A stretch of DNA of 64,000 nucleotides from Felis catus (Eukaryota). The stretch spans positions 1,302,001-1,366,000 of the forward strand of contig NC_058374.1 in the NCBI RefSeq assembly GCF_018350175.1. Direction: 5' to 3'. The notes under the pieces are model-generated. The model had not been told where the DNA came from. It ran no database searches and saw nothing but the letters and a program-made list of their open reading frames with translations. Shown piece by piece: positions 47,886 through 60,364 of the stretch. Made by a program: the position numbers and the translations under genes. Each line of letters begins with the position of its first letter. Position 1 is the first letter of the stretch.

Positions 47886-49180
47886 GCTTTTAAAAAAAAA
47901 AGAAATACATTTTATATCATGGCCCACTACACACACACACACACACACACGCAGCAAGTCTCATGAAATATTGGTGATGGTAGCACAACACTATCAATGT
48001 GGTTAACGTCACTTCAAAATGGTTAAGATGGCACATTTTATATATATCTTGCCACAATTTTTTAAAGTTTCACGAAGTACTATCTATCCTACTTTGTGCA
48101 GTGTTCTCTGATGTCCTCTATCATGCTTTTTGTTCATTCTAGTTGCAATATTGAAATCAATTTATGACTCACCGTGGTCACAACCGCCATTGACTGGTGC
48201 ACAGGTGAACTGAGTGAGGGTGAGGGAACGGAAGCTTGTTCCTTGGCTTTCACACTGCTCCTGGGGCTCTTTGCTTTTCCAAAGCATCTGAAACAGCATA
48301 ATTTAAAAAAGTGAATAACACAAACTAATAACTCCCCATACACACATGTATAATTCACTATGTGTAAAGGCTGAGTTTGGAACCATATTTGGAAAAATAT
48401 GACTTAATTGCATAGCTGTAAATTATATCTTAATTTGCAAATCTTTCCTCCCTCGATTTGAAATTTATAAGTATATGATTCTGTCGGTTACTGGTTTCAT
48501 CTGTAGTGCAGACAGTTACCGTAAGTGTGTGAACCGGGTGGATTTACTCTGTAGAGACAAACACTCAACTGCTGTGTCCACGGCCTGAGCTGGAGGTCTC
48601 TGCCACACACCATTGTTTCAAGACGTTTGGCTGTGACATCACGAAGGGAAAAGAAATGGCAGTATGAGGGAGTGAGGGCAGGGAGAAAGAGAGGTTTCCT
48701 CAATGGGGAGGACTGAGTGAGCACCATGAGAGAGTGGGGAGCCCTGTGCAAGTTGGGCGAGCCTGCTCTACGGCTGTCCTCTGTCATTTCTGTCCACATG
48801 ACAGACTTCTGTCCAGCCATCCAAAGTGCTTTTATGCAATCATATTAATAATTATAAATAGCATTTCTTTGCCACTTTGAATGTGTCAGGTGTTTCTCAC
48901 ACGCAGGATCTCCTATCCCCACAATGACACTGGAGTGTAAGTTACCATATCTATTAAAGGTGAACCCCAGAGATGCAAAATCATATGCCCAACCTTCCCA
49001 TGCCAGTGAGTAGACTGCAGACTAGAATTCCAGCGTCTGCGCATTTTCCACAGCCCCAGGGTGTGCAAATCCCATCGTGGAAATTTCATATTTCACTCCG
49101 TGGAAACTTATTTGCTGTACCTTCCTTAGCATAACAAAGTGGAAGACAAGTAGTTTTCTACATAAAGAATCAACCAGACG

Positions 49181-49363
49181 TAGGCACCTGCGGGGCTCAG
49201 TAGGTTAAGTGTCTGACTCTTGACTTCGGCTCAGGTCATGATCTCATGGTTCCTGGGTTCGAGCCCTGTGTTGGGCTTTGCACTGACAGCTCAGCGCCTG
49301 CTTGGAATTCTCTCTCTCCCTCTCTCTTCCTCTCTCTGCCCCTCCCCTGCTTATGCACACATG

Positions 49364-49402
<39 letters not shown>

Positions 49403-49428
49403 ATAAATAAATAAACATTTAAAAAAAT
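49181..49428 (+). mobile_element. Can-SINE
   Basis: TSD aat(c/t)aaccag; (TC)n tract. Confidence 0.9.
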
Positions 49429-49586
49429 TAACCAGGCTTAATATATTGCTCTCTGATAAAATTCAGTTAGTTGTAATACCTTTACTCAGAGAACAATAGC
49501 TTCACTTGTCCCCAAAGACATTAATGTGTTCTGTCAGTACAACTCTGGTTATATAACCTTTACTGATGAAGATACAGGTTATTTTA

Positions 49587-49658
49587 TTTTTATTTTAAGT
49601 TTATTTACTTATTTTGAGAGAGAGAGACGCTCAACCTGCTGAGCCACCCAGGCTTCCC
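49587..49658 (-). mobile_element. Internally deleted Can-SINE (72 bp)
   Basis: Head and tail only; perfect 17-bp TSD agatacaggttatttta (49570 / 49659). Confidence 0.85.
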
Positions 49659-49701
49659 AGATACAGGTTATTTTAGATCTGCTTGAAATTAGAATTCTGT
49701 T

Positions 49702-49905
49702 GAGCACCTGGGTGGCTCAGTCAGGTAAGCATCCGAGTCTTGATTTCAGCTCAGGTCATGATCTCATGGTTTGTGAGTTTGAGTCCCGAGTCAGGCTTGC
49801 TCTGTGCTTGTGATTCTCTCTCCCTCCCTATGAGAGAGTGCACCACCTGCACTGTCTCTGTCTCTTTCAAATTAAATACATAAACTTAAAGTTTTTTTAA
49901 TTAAA
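49702..49905 (+). mobile_element. Can-SINE
   Basis: TSD aaattagaattct. Confidence 0.88.
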
Positions 49906-49980
49906 AAAATTAGAATTCTTTGTCTTGAGATCACCATATCCTAGTATATTTGCTTAAATGCAGGTGGATGTGGCTTTTCT

Positions 49981-50214
49981 TTTTTTTTTTTTTTTTTTTA
50001 ATTTTTTTTTTTAACGTTTATTTATTTTTGAGACAGAGAGAGACAGAGCATGAACGGGGGAGGGGCAGAGAGAGAGGGAGACACAGAATCGGAAACAGGC
50101 TCCAGGCTCTGAGCCATCAGCCCAGAGCCCGACGCGGGGCTCGAACTCCCGGACCGCGAGATCGTGACCTGGCTGAAGTCGGACGCTTAACCGACTGCGC
50201 CACCTAGGCGCCCC
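49981..50214 (-). mobile_element. Young SINEC_Fc
   Basis: Near-consensus, long T tail, perfect 15-bp TSD ggatgtggcttttct. Confidence 0.95.
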
Positions 50215-50599
50215 GGATGTGGCTTTTCTTGATATGCTCCCCCTTCCTCCCCAAAAATCGGGACCATTCGATGAACACCTGTAAAGTCCCTATTTTGATC
50301 TTGAGTATGATGTTATTTGTTAAAGGGTGCACAACAAAATGCTTCTATTTTTGTAGGTAAACAAAAGAAATACTACATATGATACAGGCTATGTTCTCAA
50401 AGATATTGCAGTGTTTGGGGGAAGAGGAGACATTTATGAACCAGACGGACGTGTAACAAAATGGTAAATGATCAGAAGACAAAATGTGCCAAAAATAAGT
50501 GCCATCAATAATAGGGGTAGACGGAGGGTTAGAAATAAACCTGGTCCCCGTATAGAATTCTTTTTACAAATGCTGAATTCTATATGGCATTTTGTTACG

Positions 50600-50800
50600 A
50601 AGTTTGGCATTTATATTTACGAGGTCTAGAGGGCTTTGGGGGTTTTGTTGTGTTTTGTTTTGTTTGTACTGTCTTCGTCTGATTTTGATATCGGGAGGAT
50701 ACTAGCCCATGAAATACTTGTTTCACGAAATGAATTGAGAGAGGTCCCCTCCTTTTCTGTCTCCTGGAAGAGATTATGTAGAATTGGAGTTAACTTGAAA
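50600..50800 (-). mobile_element. L1 ORF2 fragment
   Basis: aatgaattgagagaggtcccctccttttc...gtagaattgg...aaatgtttggtag. Confidence 0.7.
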
Positions 50801-51582
50801 TGTTTGGTAGGGTGTGGCAGTGGCAATGTCTGGGCTGGAGGCGCTACTATTTGCTGCAAAGTGCTTGCTTTCCCCGTGAGGCTTGATGGCGTGGCAGTGA
50901 GGGACACTCCAGGACCGCATCACTTGAAACTGGTACGGACTAACTTGCTGAAGCTTTGACTATTCTTTGAAGTTCCCGCAGTGAGGTAGGTAGGTAGTGT
51001 TCGTGCACACATATTTCCTTTGCCCATCATATCAATGTTGTGAAATCAACAGGGCGGGATTATCCTCACCCGTTAGCTGTATTTCAGTTCAAGAAACGGG
51101 CTCAAAGGTTGAATGACTCATCCGTGCTCACTTAACAAGGCAGGAAGGAGGAAGGGCATTTTGTTTCATGGTGGGTGACCTCCCTGAGCTGTCAGTGGAA
51201 GAAGCAACTTCTCAAGGCTCTTAGCGATAACACAGGGCCATTCTGCCGGATGTTTAAGCCCAGTAGCAGAAGCACTCCTAGAGACCCTGGTTTGCCCACA
51301 TCTCACATCTCACTTGTATGAGACAAAAGGTCTGGCCTCATCTACTCCCCAAGACGTTTCCCCTTAGGTTAACTCCCCCTGTAAACAAGGCGGCATCTCA
51401 CCTCGTCTGATAAGCAGAGGGGGTCGTCGCTGGAGGCGGGCAGGAGGCGAGCACTCACTCTGTCCACACACAGCCCGCCCTCGCCCCACGTCTGCCGCCC
51501 TTGACGGGGACCTGAGATGACGAGTTAGGAAGATGAGCAGGACGTCCGCAGTTCCAGCTACGCCCAGCGAAACGAGAGAAAC

Positions 51583-51760
51583 CCGGAAGTACTACCTTAC
51601 CCCACCTCTCCCGCCACCACACTCCCGGAAGTACCACCTTACACCACCTTGCCCCCCACCAAACCCGCCCGGAAGTACTACCTTAACCCCCCCCCCCGCC
51701 CGTCGCCCCACCCCACACCCGCCGGAAGTACTGCATTACCCCACCTTGCCCCCCACCGCA
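51583..51760. promoter_or_regulatory. Tandem repeat x4, each unit carrying a perfect ETS motif CCGGAAGT, in a CpG-rich patch
   Basis: CCGGAAGTAC at 51583, 51625, 51669 and 51722, each followed by a C-rich spacer. CpG-enriched flanks span ~51.4-52.0 kb. Confidence 0.6.
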
Positions 51761-54253
51761 CGCGGACGCTCAGCCCTACTTTACCTCTTCAGATTTCCCA
51801 AATCTCACCCGTCCTTCAAAGTGGCGCTCACACCTTACCTGCCTCTGACCGCCATCGCTAACGTGTTGCACGTGCTGCTTTGACGGTTAGCTCTGGGCCT
51901 GGCCTTTGGGGATCTGATCCTTCACGAGTTCATTCACCGCGCAGCGCCGTGTGTTGAACGCAGGAGTTTCACAGGCCAGGGTCAGGCCAGGTGGCCTACT
52001 CGCCAGGCCCTGGTCACGCCCAGCCACCCCTCCGCAGCCCCTCTCAGCAGCCTGAGCTGGACCCCTTCATATTTAGAACTGATTCCTAACCAGCGCAAAG
52101 TGATGTCAGGGAGAGAGGATCCGTTGTGTTTGAGCAACGACTGGCCCTGGCAGGATGGAGGGTGGAAAGTGAGCTGGGGTCTGGGGGCTGCCGGACGGAT
52201 TCCCTCCCACCACTTTGTATGAACATCTTCAAGTACACGGCCACATGTGCCACCACCCATGTTCAACTGTGTTTATTCTATACCGTTCTCAGTGGTTTCT
52301 ACTCACTTCCCCTCATGTGCGTGATTCCTTTTCCACTAAAGCAGCTCAAATGGAAGTCCGTGTGTGAGAAATTCTGGGGCCGGGCCCACGCCTGGCGCCA
52401 AGGCGGGTGGAGTGCGGGGACCCGTGCTCATCTGAGCCCCGTGTGGCCGTGGCCTCGGCCCAGCCTCTCTCTCCACTTCCTGCTGAAGTCAGTCTTGCCC
52501 AGAAACCTGGCCTATTTGGCTCCCGCTCCCGCCGCGACACCCTCTGCCAGTCTTCCTCCCCTCCCCCACCCTCCTTTCCTCCCCTCCTTTCCCGGAACTT
52601 GTGACAGCGCCTCCCTGCAGTTTCAAGGACCACACGCTGTCTGTTTTTGCTGCCCTGACCCATATTCTTGTGGCCCTTTCCCGGGAGGTGTCCGCCTAGG
52701 TCAGATCTGAGCACTGCTCACTGGACGCTGGGTCGCACCCTCCTCCCAGACCCTGGTTTCCCCTCCTCCTCAGCTATGCAGGGCCCGTGGCTGTGGCCCC
52801 ATGTGCTTTGAACTGAACCGGCAGGGGTTTGGACAGGGCAGGAATTCCTCCCAGCGGCCGTAAACATCACGAACGCAGTCTCTCTGTCTCCTCCGTGGCG
52901 GTTACCCCAAAATATCTTATTTCCCTTGCCAGACTCGAGCCTCCAGGTGGCATAGAGTGTGTCTTATGTGTTTTAAATCACCCATAGCATCCCACTCATG
53001 AGAGGTGTTCGTGGGTTTCCTGAATTGGTGGACAGGGTTCGCCGGCATGAGTACAGAAGGAGTAGCTGTGGTCGCATGATCTTAGAACGACTGAAGGGTT
53101 TGTGACGTGGATTTACTTTTGACTAAGAAGTTCAGGGTCTCCCAGCCACAAAGCAAGCAAGGCTTACCTACGGAAAGGTAGGCAGCGTCCAAAGAAACGG
53201 GCACAGACACCGTGAAGAACTCGGGCTGCCAATGGAGCCAGGGCCTGGCCACGCCAGAGAAGGCCCGAGGCCGGATCGGTAGGACGTGGGGACATTTGCT
53301 GCGGTTAGAAGCCTCCGGAACAATGTGATACAACCTGGTCTGCGGACCAGGGTCTCGAGCGCAAAACACCTCACTGGACTTTGAAAGGAGCCTGTGTCTC
53401 TTCTGAGGTGGCCTGTCAGGCCAGGCTCAGGGACCAGGCAGGGGCCAGTTTCCGTCCCGATGATTGACAGGCAGCGCTGTCAATCAAAGGCAGGCTGGCT
53501 TTGGGCCGACCCTGGTGCCTCAGGCCGGGCCGCGGTGGCGGGCAGGTGTGGGACATCTGTAGGCCCAGATGAAAGCCCGCACAGAACACCTCTGGAGAGC
53601 TCTCTGTCCCACACGCCCCCCACCACAGGCACCTGTGCAGCTCAGCTGGGTGGACCGCCAGTGGCCGCAAGGCTTCACGGATGCCCGGGTCGCATGCGGC
53701 CACACTTCTAAGACGGCTCAGTCCAGCCCTGTCGAGACAGCAGGTGTTGGGGAAGGACAGGGAAACAGAGCACTTGGAGGCGGGGACAAGCGTGGCAGCG
53801 TGGCTGTGATGTGCCACAGGAGGGGTTGGGTCAGAACACTGTCCCACAGCCCGCCCTGCGTGAGGAATGCGAAGGACCCTCTCTCCCACGGCCCCTCCTC
53901 TGAGAGGACCCAGCTGCCGGCCAGGAACGGCTGCAGGCCACCTCACGCAGCCTGGCGGCCAGGCGTGACGGGCCCAGTGGGGGGCACACTGCCCTGCCCT
54001 AGCTGCCTGCCATGACAGTGAGCTCGACCAAGTCGCTTACCCTTTCTGCACCTGACTTTGCTCATCTGCAAAACGGGATCCTAACATCTGCCTCAGCCAG
54101 CCGCCCAGGCACCCAAACAAGCCACTGTTGTATCAGCAGTCAAAATCCATCGTTACGATTTGTTAGATATTTGGTGTGCTTTTCTTTAAGTTTATATCTT
54201 TATATCTTTATTAATTGATATATATAATAAACATATATATATATATCCTATAT

Positions 54254-54476
54254 ATTTATTTTAAAGTTTATTTCCACGCAAGTGGAGGACGGGTGGGGCG
54301 GGGGGGCGGACAGAGGATCTGAAGTGGGGTCTCCGCTGACACAGGGTCTCTGCTGACGTGGGGCTTGAACTCACGAACTATGAGATCCTGACCTGAGCTG
54401 AAGTTGGATACTTAACCAACTGAGCCACCCAGGCATCTCTTGGTGTGTTTTTTTTTTTAAGTTTATTTATTACTTA

Positions 54477-54508
<32 letters not shown>

Positions 54509-54685
54509 CAAGCGAGCACAAGTGCGAGGGGGGCAGAGAGAGACAGGAAAAGGGAATCCCAAGCAGGCCCCACATTGTCAGCACAGAGAGCCTGACTCGG
54601 GGCTCAGTCTCACGAACCGTGAGATCATGACCTAAGCCGAAATCAAGCATCAGCCGCTTGACCGACTGAGCCCCCCAGGCACCCC
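54254..54685 (-). mobile_element. Two tandem Can-SINEs (54254-54438, 54447-54685)
   Basis: Two reverse SINEC bodies; (GA)n tract in the second. Confidence 0.88.
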
Positions 54686-55300
54686 TGAACCACTTTGCCC
54701 ATTAATACACTGAACTCTCATTTTGTCGTCGGGCTTTTTTCTTCTGTTCAGAGTTTCATCTTTGCCCGTAGTTGATACGCAGGACCAATAGAGAGTGATC
54801 CTCAGAACCGAAGCTCGGACTGCCCTGTAGACTGCAGGGAGGATGAAAGAAGACAGCAGAGTCGGCAGACCACTCAGCTGCACGGAAACCCGTGTCAGCC
54901 AGAGAGAAAGAGACCTCACTGTCTGTCTACACACCTGGATGGATCTCCAGCTGCCTCCGAGGCATCTCAGATGCACACAAGCACCGACCCCAGGACTAGA
55001 TCGTCAGCCGCGGGTGGAATGGCGCTAATTCAGAACTAGGCAAAAGCTTGAAAGAATGTTAACCTAATAGACCCTTCAGAAACACTCAGGACAATATTGC
55101 ATCCATAAAGCAAAAATAGACTCCCAGTGGGAACGCCAGTACAAGCGAGAGTTACAAGGAACTTAAACACAATTTTTGAAAGACGTAAATTATAACATCC
55201 AAGAAACAACTGAGTAACAGGATGGACTCAAATGTAAAACCTCCAGGATGCGTTTGTGTAAATCTCCAGCAAGAAAACATACACTAAAAACACAGAGACA

Positions 55301-55501
55301 GGGGCGCCTGGGTGGCTCAGTCGGTTGGGTGGCCGACTTCAGCTCAGGTCATGATCTCTCGGTCTGTGTGTTTGAGCCCGCGTCAGGCTCTGTGCTGGCA
55401 GCTCAGAGCCTGGAGCCTGCTTCCGATTCTGTGTCTCCCTCTCTCTCTGCCCCTCCCCTGCTTGCTCTCTGTCTCTGTCTCTCTCTCAAATAATAAACAT
55501 T

Positions 55502-55544
<43 letters not shown>
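55301..55544 (+). mobile_element. Can-SINE with (CA)n tail of about 20 units
   Basis: Head at 55301; (CA)n at 55504-55544 adjoining a TSD-like acacagagaca/acacagaca. Confidence 0.92.
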
Positions 55545-55550
<6 letters not shown>

Positions 55551-55839
55551 AGTTTTCTGCTTCCGGTGATGCTGGGCTGGCTGATTCTGATCGATCCTCC
55601 CCAGACACCTGAGAAGGCAGCAAATCAAAATCTTCTGGAAAACATCTGGAGACTAAACAAGATGCAGGGAAGGATGGGAATTTGCCCCAGCTCTGCAGGT
55701 ACTTGCCACTGTGGAAGAGGTGGCCGAGAAGAAGGGGCTGGCTTTGACCCGGAGCGAGGGGTCCAGGCCTGTCGTCATGGTAAGCCAGGAGCAAATCAGA
55801 CTTCTGTGGCTACAGTTACTCTTCATATGTTGTCTTTTA

Positions 55840-57230
55840 ACTTTTATATTAGGGTTGAAAATAACTTACACATGACGATGCGGCGTTCCATTGTTCTGTC
55901 CGTATACTTACCTCTACCGGTGGGAGTTTTGCTCTGCTGTGCTTTCGTGTTATGCTGTTTAGAGTGTTTCCATTTCAATTTGAGTAACTCCTTTGAGCGT
56001 TTTCTGTAAAGCAGATCTCATGGTAATGAAATCCCTCAGTTTCCTGCTTCTCTAGCAGAGACTTTATCCGTCCTTCATTGATCTGTCCTTCATCGACGTC
56101 CTTCATCGTCCTTCATTGCGAAGCTTTCCTTTCCACACTTTAATGTCTATCATCCTACCTTTCCTGGCCTGGGAGGTTTCTGCTGAGAAATTTGCCTGTA
56201 GTCTCCTGGGGCGTTCTTTAAGTGCAACATGTCATTTTTTTCTTGCTGATTCCAAAATCCTCTGTCTTCAACTTTTGACAGTTTAATAATAATGTGTCGT
56301 GGTGTAGACCTCTTTGTCTTCAATCTATTTGGGATCCTTTGGGCTTCATGAATCTGGGTGTCTATTTGTCCATTTTCTTCCCCAGATTTGGGAACATGGG
56401 GCATTATTTCTTTAAGTAAACTTTCTACTCCTTTCTCTCTCTCTCCTCCTTATGAGACTCTCAAAATGTGTATACAGTAGTCTCCCCTTATCCACAAGGG
56501 ACACATTCCAAGACTCTCAGTGGATTCCGGAAATCACAGATAGTACCAAATCCTATGAATGCTATGTTTTTTCCTATACATACATACCTATGATAAAGTT
56601 TGATTTATAGATTAGGGACAGTAAAAGATTAATGACAATAACTAATAATTAAATAGAACAATTATAACAATATGCTATAAAAATGTCATGTGAAGGTACT
56701 CTCTCCAAATTTTATCGTACCGTACCCACCCCTCTCCTCGTGATGACATGAGATGATAAGATGCTTACGCAATGAGATGAAGGGAGGTGAATGATGTCGG
56801 CGCTCTGACATAGCATGAGGCTGCTACTGCCCTCCTGGCGATACTTCAGAAGAAGGATCATCTGCTTCCAGGCTGCAGTTGACCACAGGAAATGGAAGCT
56901 GGATAAGAGGGGTGCTACTGGACTAGTGACTTTGACAGTGTTCCATAAATCCCCTGAGCTTTCTTCACTCTTCTTCATTCTATTTTGTCTTTGCAACTCC
57001 GAGCAGATAATTTCAAGTGGCTTGCCTTCGAGTTCACTGGTTCTTTCTCTAGCTTGCTCAACTGTTGAAGCTCTCTGTTGAATTCTTCAGTTCTGCCATT
57101 GTATTCTGCAGCTCCACAGTTTGTTTTTAAATAATTTTTCTCTTTGTGTGCTGAACTTCTCATCTTGTTCGTGTCTTGTTGCCCTAATTTTTTTTGAGTT
57201 GTCTGTGTTCTCTTAGAGCTCACTGAGCTT
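55840..57230 (-). mobile_element. Ancient L1 ORF1 remnant, interrupted by a Tigger element
   Basis: The minus-strand ORF 56150-56404 reads QIHEAQRIPNRLKTKRSTPRHIIIKLSK, an L1 ORF1p signature. Confidence 0.85.
56475..56920 (+). mobile_element. TcMar-Tigger (Tigger7/MER44-like)
   Basis: TA|CAGTAGTCTCCCCTTATCC start and ggataagaggggtgctaCTG end (terminal inverted repeats). Confidence 0.85.
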
Positions 57231-57238
57231 CTTTTTTT

Positions 57239-57503
57239 ATTTTTTTTTTATTTTTTTTCAACGTTTATTTATTTTTGGGACAGAGAGAGACAGAGCATGA
57301 ACGGTGTGGGGCAGAGAGAGAGGGAGACACAGAATCGGAAACAGGCTCCAGGCTCCGAGCCATCAGCCCAGAGCCCGATGCGGGGCTCGAACTCACGGAC
57401 CGCGAGATCGTGACCTGGCTGAAGTCGGACGCTTAACCGACTGCGCCACCCAGGCGCCCCTGAGCTTCTTTTTTTAAAAAAATATTTTTAATGTTTATTT
57501 ATT

Positions 57504-57541
<38 letters not shown>

Positions 57542-57570
57542 GGAGGGTCAGAGAGAGAGGGAGCTGTGCT
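57239..57570 (-). mobile_element. Young SINEC_Fc (57239-57460) plus a partial older SINE (57478-57570)
   Basis: TSD tgagcttctttttt (57224 / 57461); the second tail carries (GA)n. Confidence 0.92.
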
Positions 57571-57900
57571 CCAGAGCTCCCACAGAGGTGTTATCATCCA
57601 AGGATAGTTGTTACGTTGCTCTGGGGTGGGGGACGAGGGCTGTGACCTCCTATTCTGCCACCTTGCTGTCATCACCTGCACCCCTCTCACATAACCTGCA
57701 GGGACTGTAGCCCTTGGGGGAGCCCCACACAACAGGCACCGGGCAGGCACCTAAATGCACTGCCAGAGTCTTTCTCCCCGGCCCTAGGACCTCATGAAAT
57801 GAGAAACGTTTTTCTATCACTTGTGTCTTTCCTGAAATTACTTCCTTTTTTTTGGTGTTGATGCTGATTGAACAATACCAGTAATTGATAAGCCTCTAAA

Positions 57901-58108
57901 AGTTTTTTTAATGTTTACGTATTTATTTTTGAGAGACAGAGAGAGAGAGCACAAGCAGGGGAGGGGGAGAGAAAGCGGGGGACAGAGGATCTGAAGCAGG
58001 CTGTGAGCTGTCAGCGCAGAGCCCGATGCAGGGCTCAAATTCAGCAAACCCTGACATCACGACCTGAGCCGAAGTCGGACGCTTAAATGCTGAGCCGCCT
58101 GGCGCTTC
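57901..58108 (-). mobile_element. Can-SINE
   Basis: Reverse SINEC, degenerate TSD ataa(g/a)cctct. Confidence 0.88.
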
Positions 58109-59616
58109 ATAAACCTCTCAAGCTTTCCTCATCTGATGCTGTTGTCACTCTTTGTGATTAAATGAGAGCTTTGACCCAGGTCATGGCTTTCTTAGTAGCA
58201 TATTTCACCGCCTAGGCAACATGTTTCTTTACCTGTTGCCCAGGATGTGTTTCTTACTCCTTCGGTTTAAAAGAGCTTTGCTAACCTGCCCAACTTGCTG
58301 TAAAATCTGAGGAGCTTAATCCTCCTGCCTGAAGCCAGAGCAGGAAATAAGCAAAGTAAACACTACGGAACAACTCAAATAACTTGCAACTGCACTGTTA
58401 ATAATTTTTTAAAAATATAATCCTTTGAAATCCTGGCAAGAAGGAAAAATGCGTGAGGGTGTTTGCAACCTCGGATCTTAATTTCTCTCTCTTAATCCTG
58501 CCTGGCGCAGAGTGTTCCTGGCTGGCCAAGAAACCTCCCCCCACCCCTCGACTCAGGCCCCACAGCGTGCCTCTCCCACTTCACGTCCTCGCCATGCCTA
58601 CCCGGCAGCCCTGCAGGGAGGGGCTCACACATGGCTCTGCAGGGGAGGAGGCTCCGAGCCAGGTTTCTGGCCTGCCCACCACGCCAGGCCCTCCTTTGTG
58701 CAACTGCCCTGGGAGCTGACTCAGACCACAGTTCTGCTTCCAAACTGCTGGCCCCATGAACCCTGATGGACTGAATCAAATTATACACACAGCAACCCCG
58801 GCTGCTCCGTGTAATGGCAGCTTGGAGCCTGGTTCGCACCACAAAATACGAAGTCTGTACTTATGTTACCAGAGTGCTTACAGAGCTCCCGTCTACATGC
58901 CCGAGGCACTAGGCGGCGTGGTCTAATGCAAAAGAATCTCTAAGTTATAATTTCATTCAGCCTGACATGACAAGATCTAAGCAGGTTCCAACTGGACCTG
59001 CCTCCCTGTTGATGCCGGGCTGCGGGCCTCAGGTGTCTTCAGGATCCCAGAGTTTACATCTCTGGCCTCATCTGTACCCCGAGCTGTATGCACACATTGT
59101 CCTTTAGACTCCGTCATTTTGTGAAGAGAATAAACTGCAAATCAAAACACAAGCAAGCCTAAACCCCCAGGCCTCCAGACAGTTTGTAAACATTCCTGAC
59201 AACGGGAGAGTGAAAGCTGGTCTTCCTGGTGAGTCTGGAAATCGCCCTCCTCCCAACCGTTACCTACCGTTCCTCTCTCTCTCTCTGTCTCTCTCTCTGT
59301 CTCTCCCCTCCTCCACCGCAAATCAGCGCACCTGATCGCCTGTGTAAATCAGCACAGCAGACCCGTCACTGCGACACTTCCTTCCTTACCCTGAAATGCT
59401 TTTTAATGGATTTTCCTGATTACAAAGCAGCACATCCTCACCGCCGTTCATGTGGAAAACACAGAAAAGCCCAAAGCAGAAAATAAAAACTTCCTATATC
59501 TACCGCTAAGGAATAAACATTCTTTAGTTGTTGATATAATGGCAGGCGTGTTTGTTGTCCTGGGCGTTTAAGGCTCGCAAAGTGGCCTTTCCACGGTCTG
59601 TGATATCTACTGCTCT

Positions 59617-59829
59617 ATTTATTTATTTTTTATAATTTTTTAATGTTTGTTTTTGAGACAGAGTGTGAGTGGGGGAGGGGCAGAGAGGGAGAGAGACACA
59701 GAATCCGAAGCAGGCTCCAGGCTCCGAGCTGTCAGCACAGAGCCCGATGTGGGGCTCGAACCCATGAACCGCGAGATCATGACCTGAGCCGAAGGTAGAT
59801 GCTCAACCGATTGAGCCACGCAGGAGCCC
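59617..59829 (-). mobile_element. Can-SINE
   Basis: Reverse SINEC body, TSD actgct. Confidence 0.9.
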
Positions 59830-60364
59830 ATACCCACTGCTTTATAAGTGGGACTGGATGTGTGGTAGTTTCTGGAAGCTTTCCTCAGAAGTCCACTTGG
59901 GACCAGGACGATGATGCCACCCCTTAAGGATGGAGGGACGTCCGGGTACCTGGGCTCCTGAGGATTTCCTGGAGCGGTGGCACCATCAGGCCTGCACTCC
60001 CCACATCCCTGCTTCTCCAGGAGAGGAAATGCCCTACGTGGTTCAGACCGCTCTCGTTCTGCGTTTCTCGCTCACTTCCAACCTGATCCTAACTGATACT
60101 CTGCTATACTTGCCTGCCAAACACACGGAAATACCTGCCTTGGCCCCTCAAGTTGCCGTTAGCCTCTTCTTTTACTTGTGCACACATCCTCATTCGCACG
60201 CACTTCTGTTCGCTGCTGGCCAGGGCCCAGGGCAACTGTCGTGAGCAAGGCAGTCGAGGTCCTGGTCTGTGTGGAGTTACACTGCTGAGCGGGGAACGCT
60301 GCAAAAGTGAGTCTTTGAGATCATTCTGGGTGGTGGTAAGTCTGTGATGTAACCAAACTGGGGT

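Noticed and set aside
51583-51760. Repeat-spacer pattern as a CRISPR-like array
   Set aside because: This is a mammalian genome, the spacers are related C-rich sequences rather than unique spacers, and there are no cas genes. It is a minisatellite.
52126-54015. ORFs of 105-194 aa in the GC-rich upstream patch
   Set aside because: No coherent exon structure or recognisable protein. The lengths are expected at this GC content, although lncRNA exons cannot be excluded.
56150-57223. L1 ORF1-like peptides as an active or domesticated gene
   Set aside because: They are fragmented by stops, frameshifts and a Tigger insertion.
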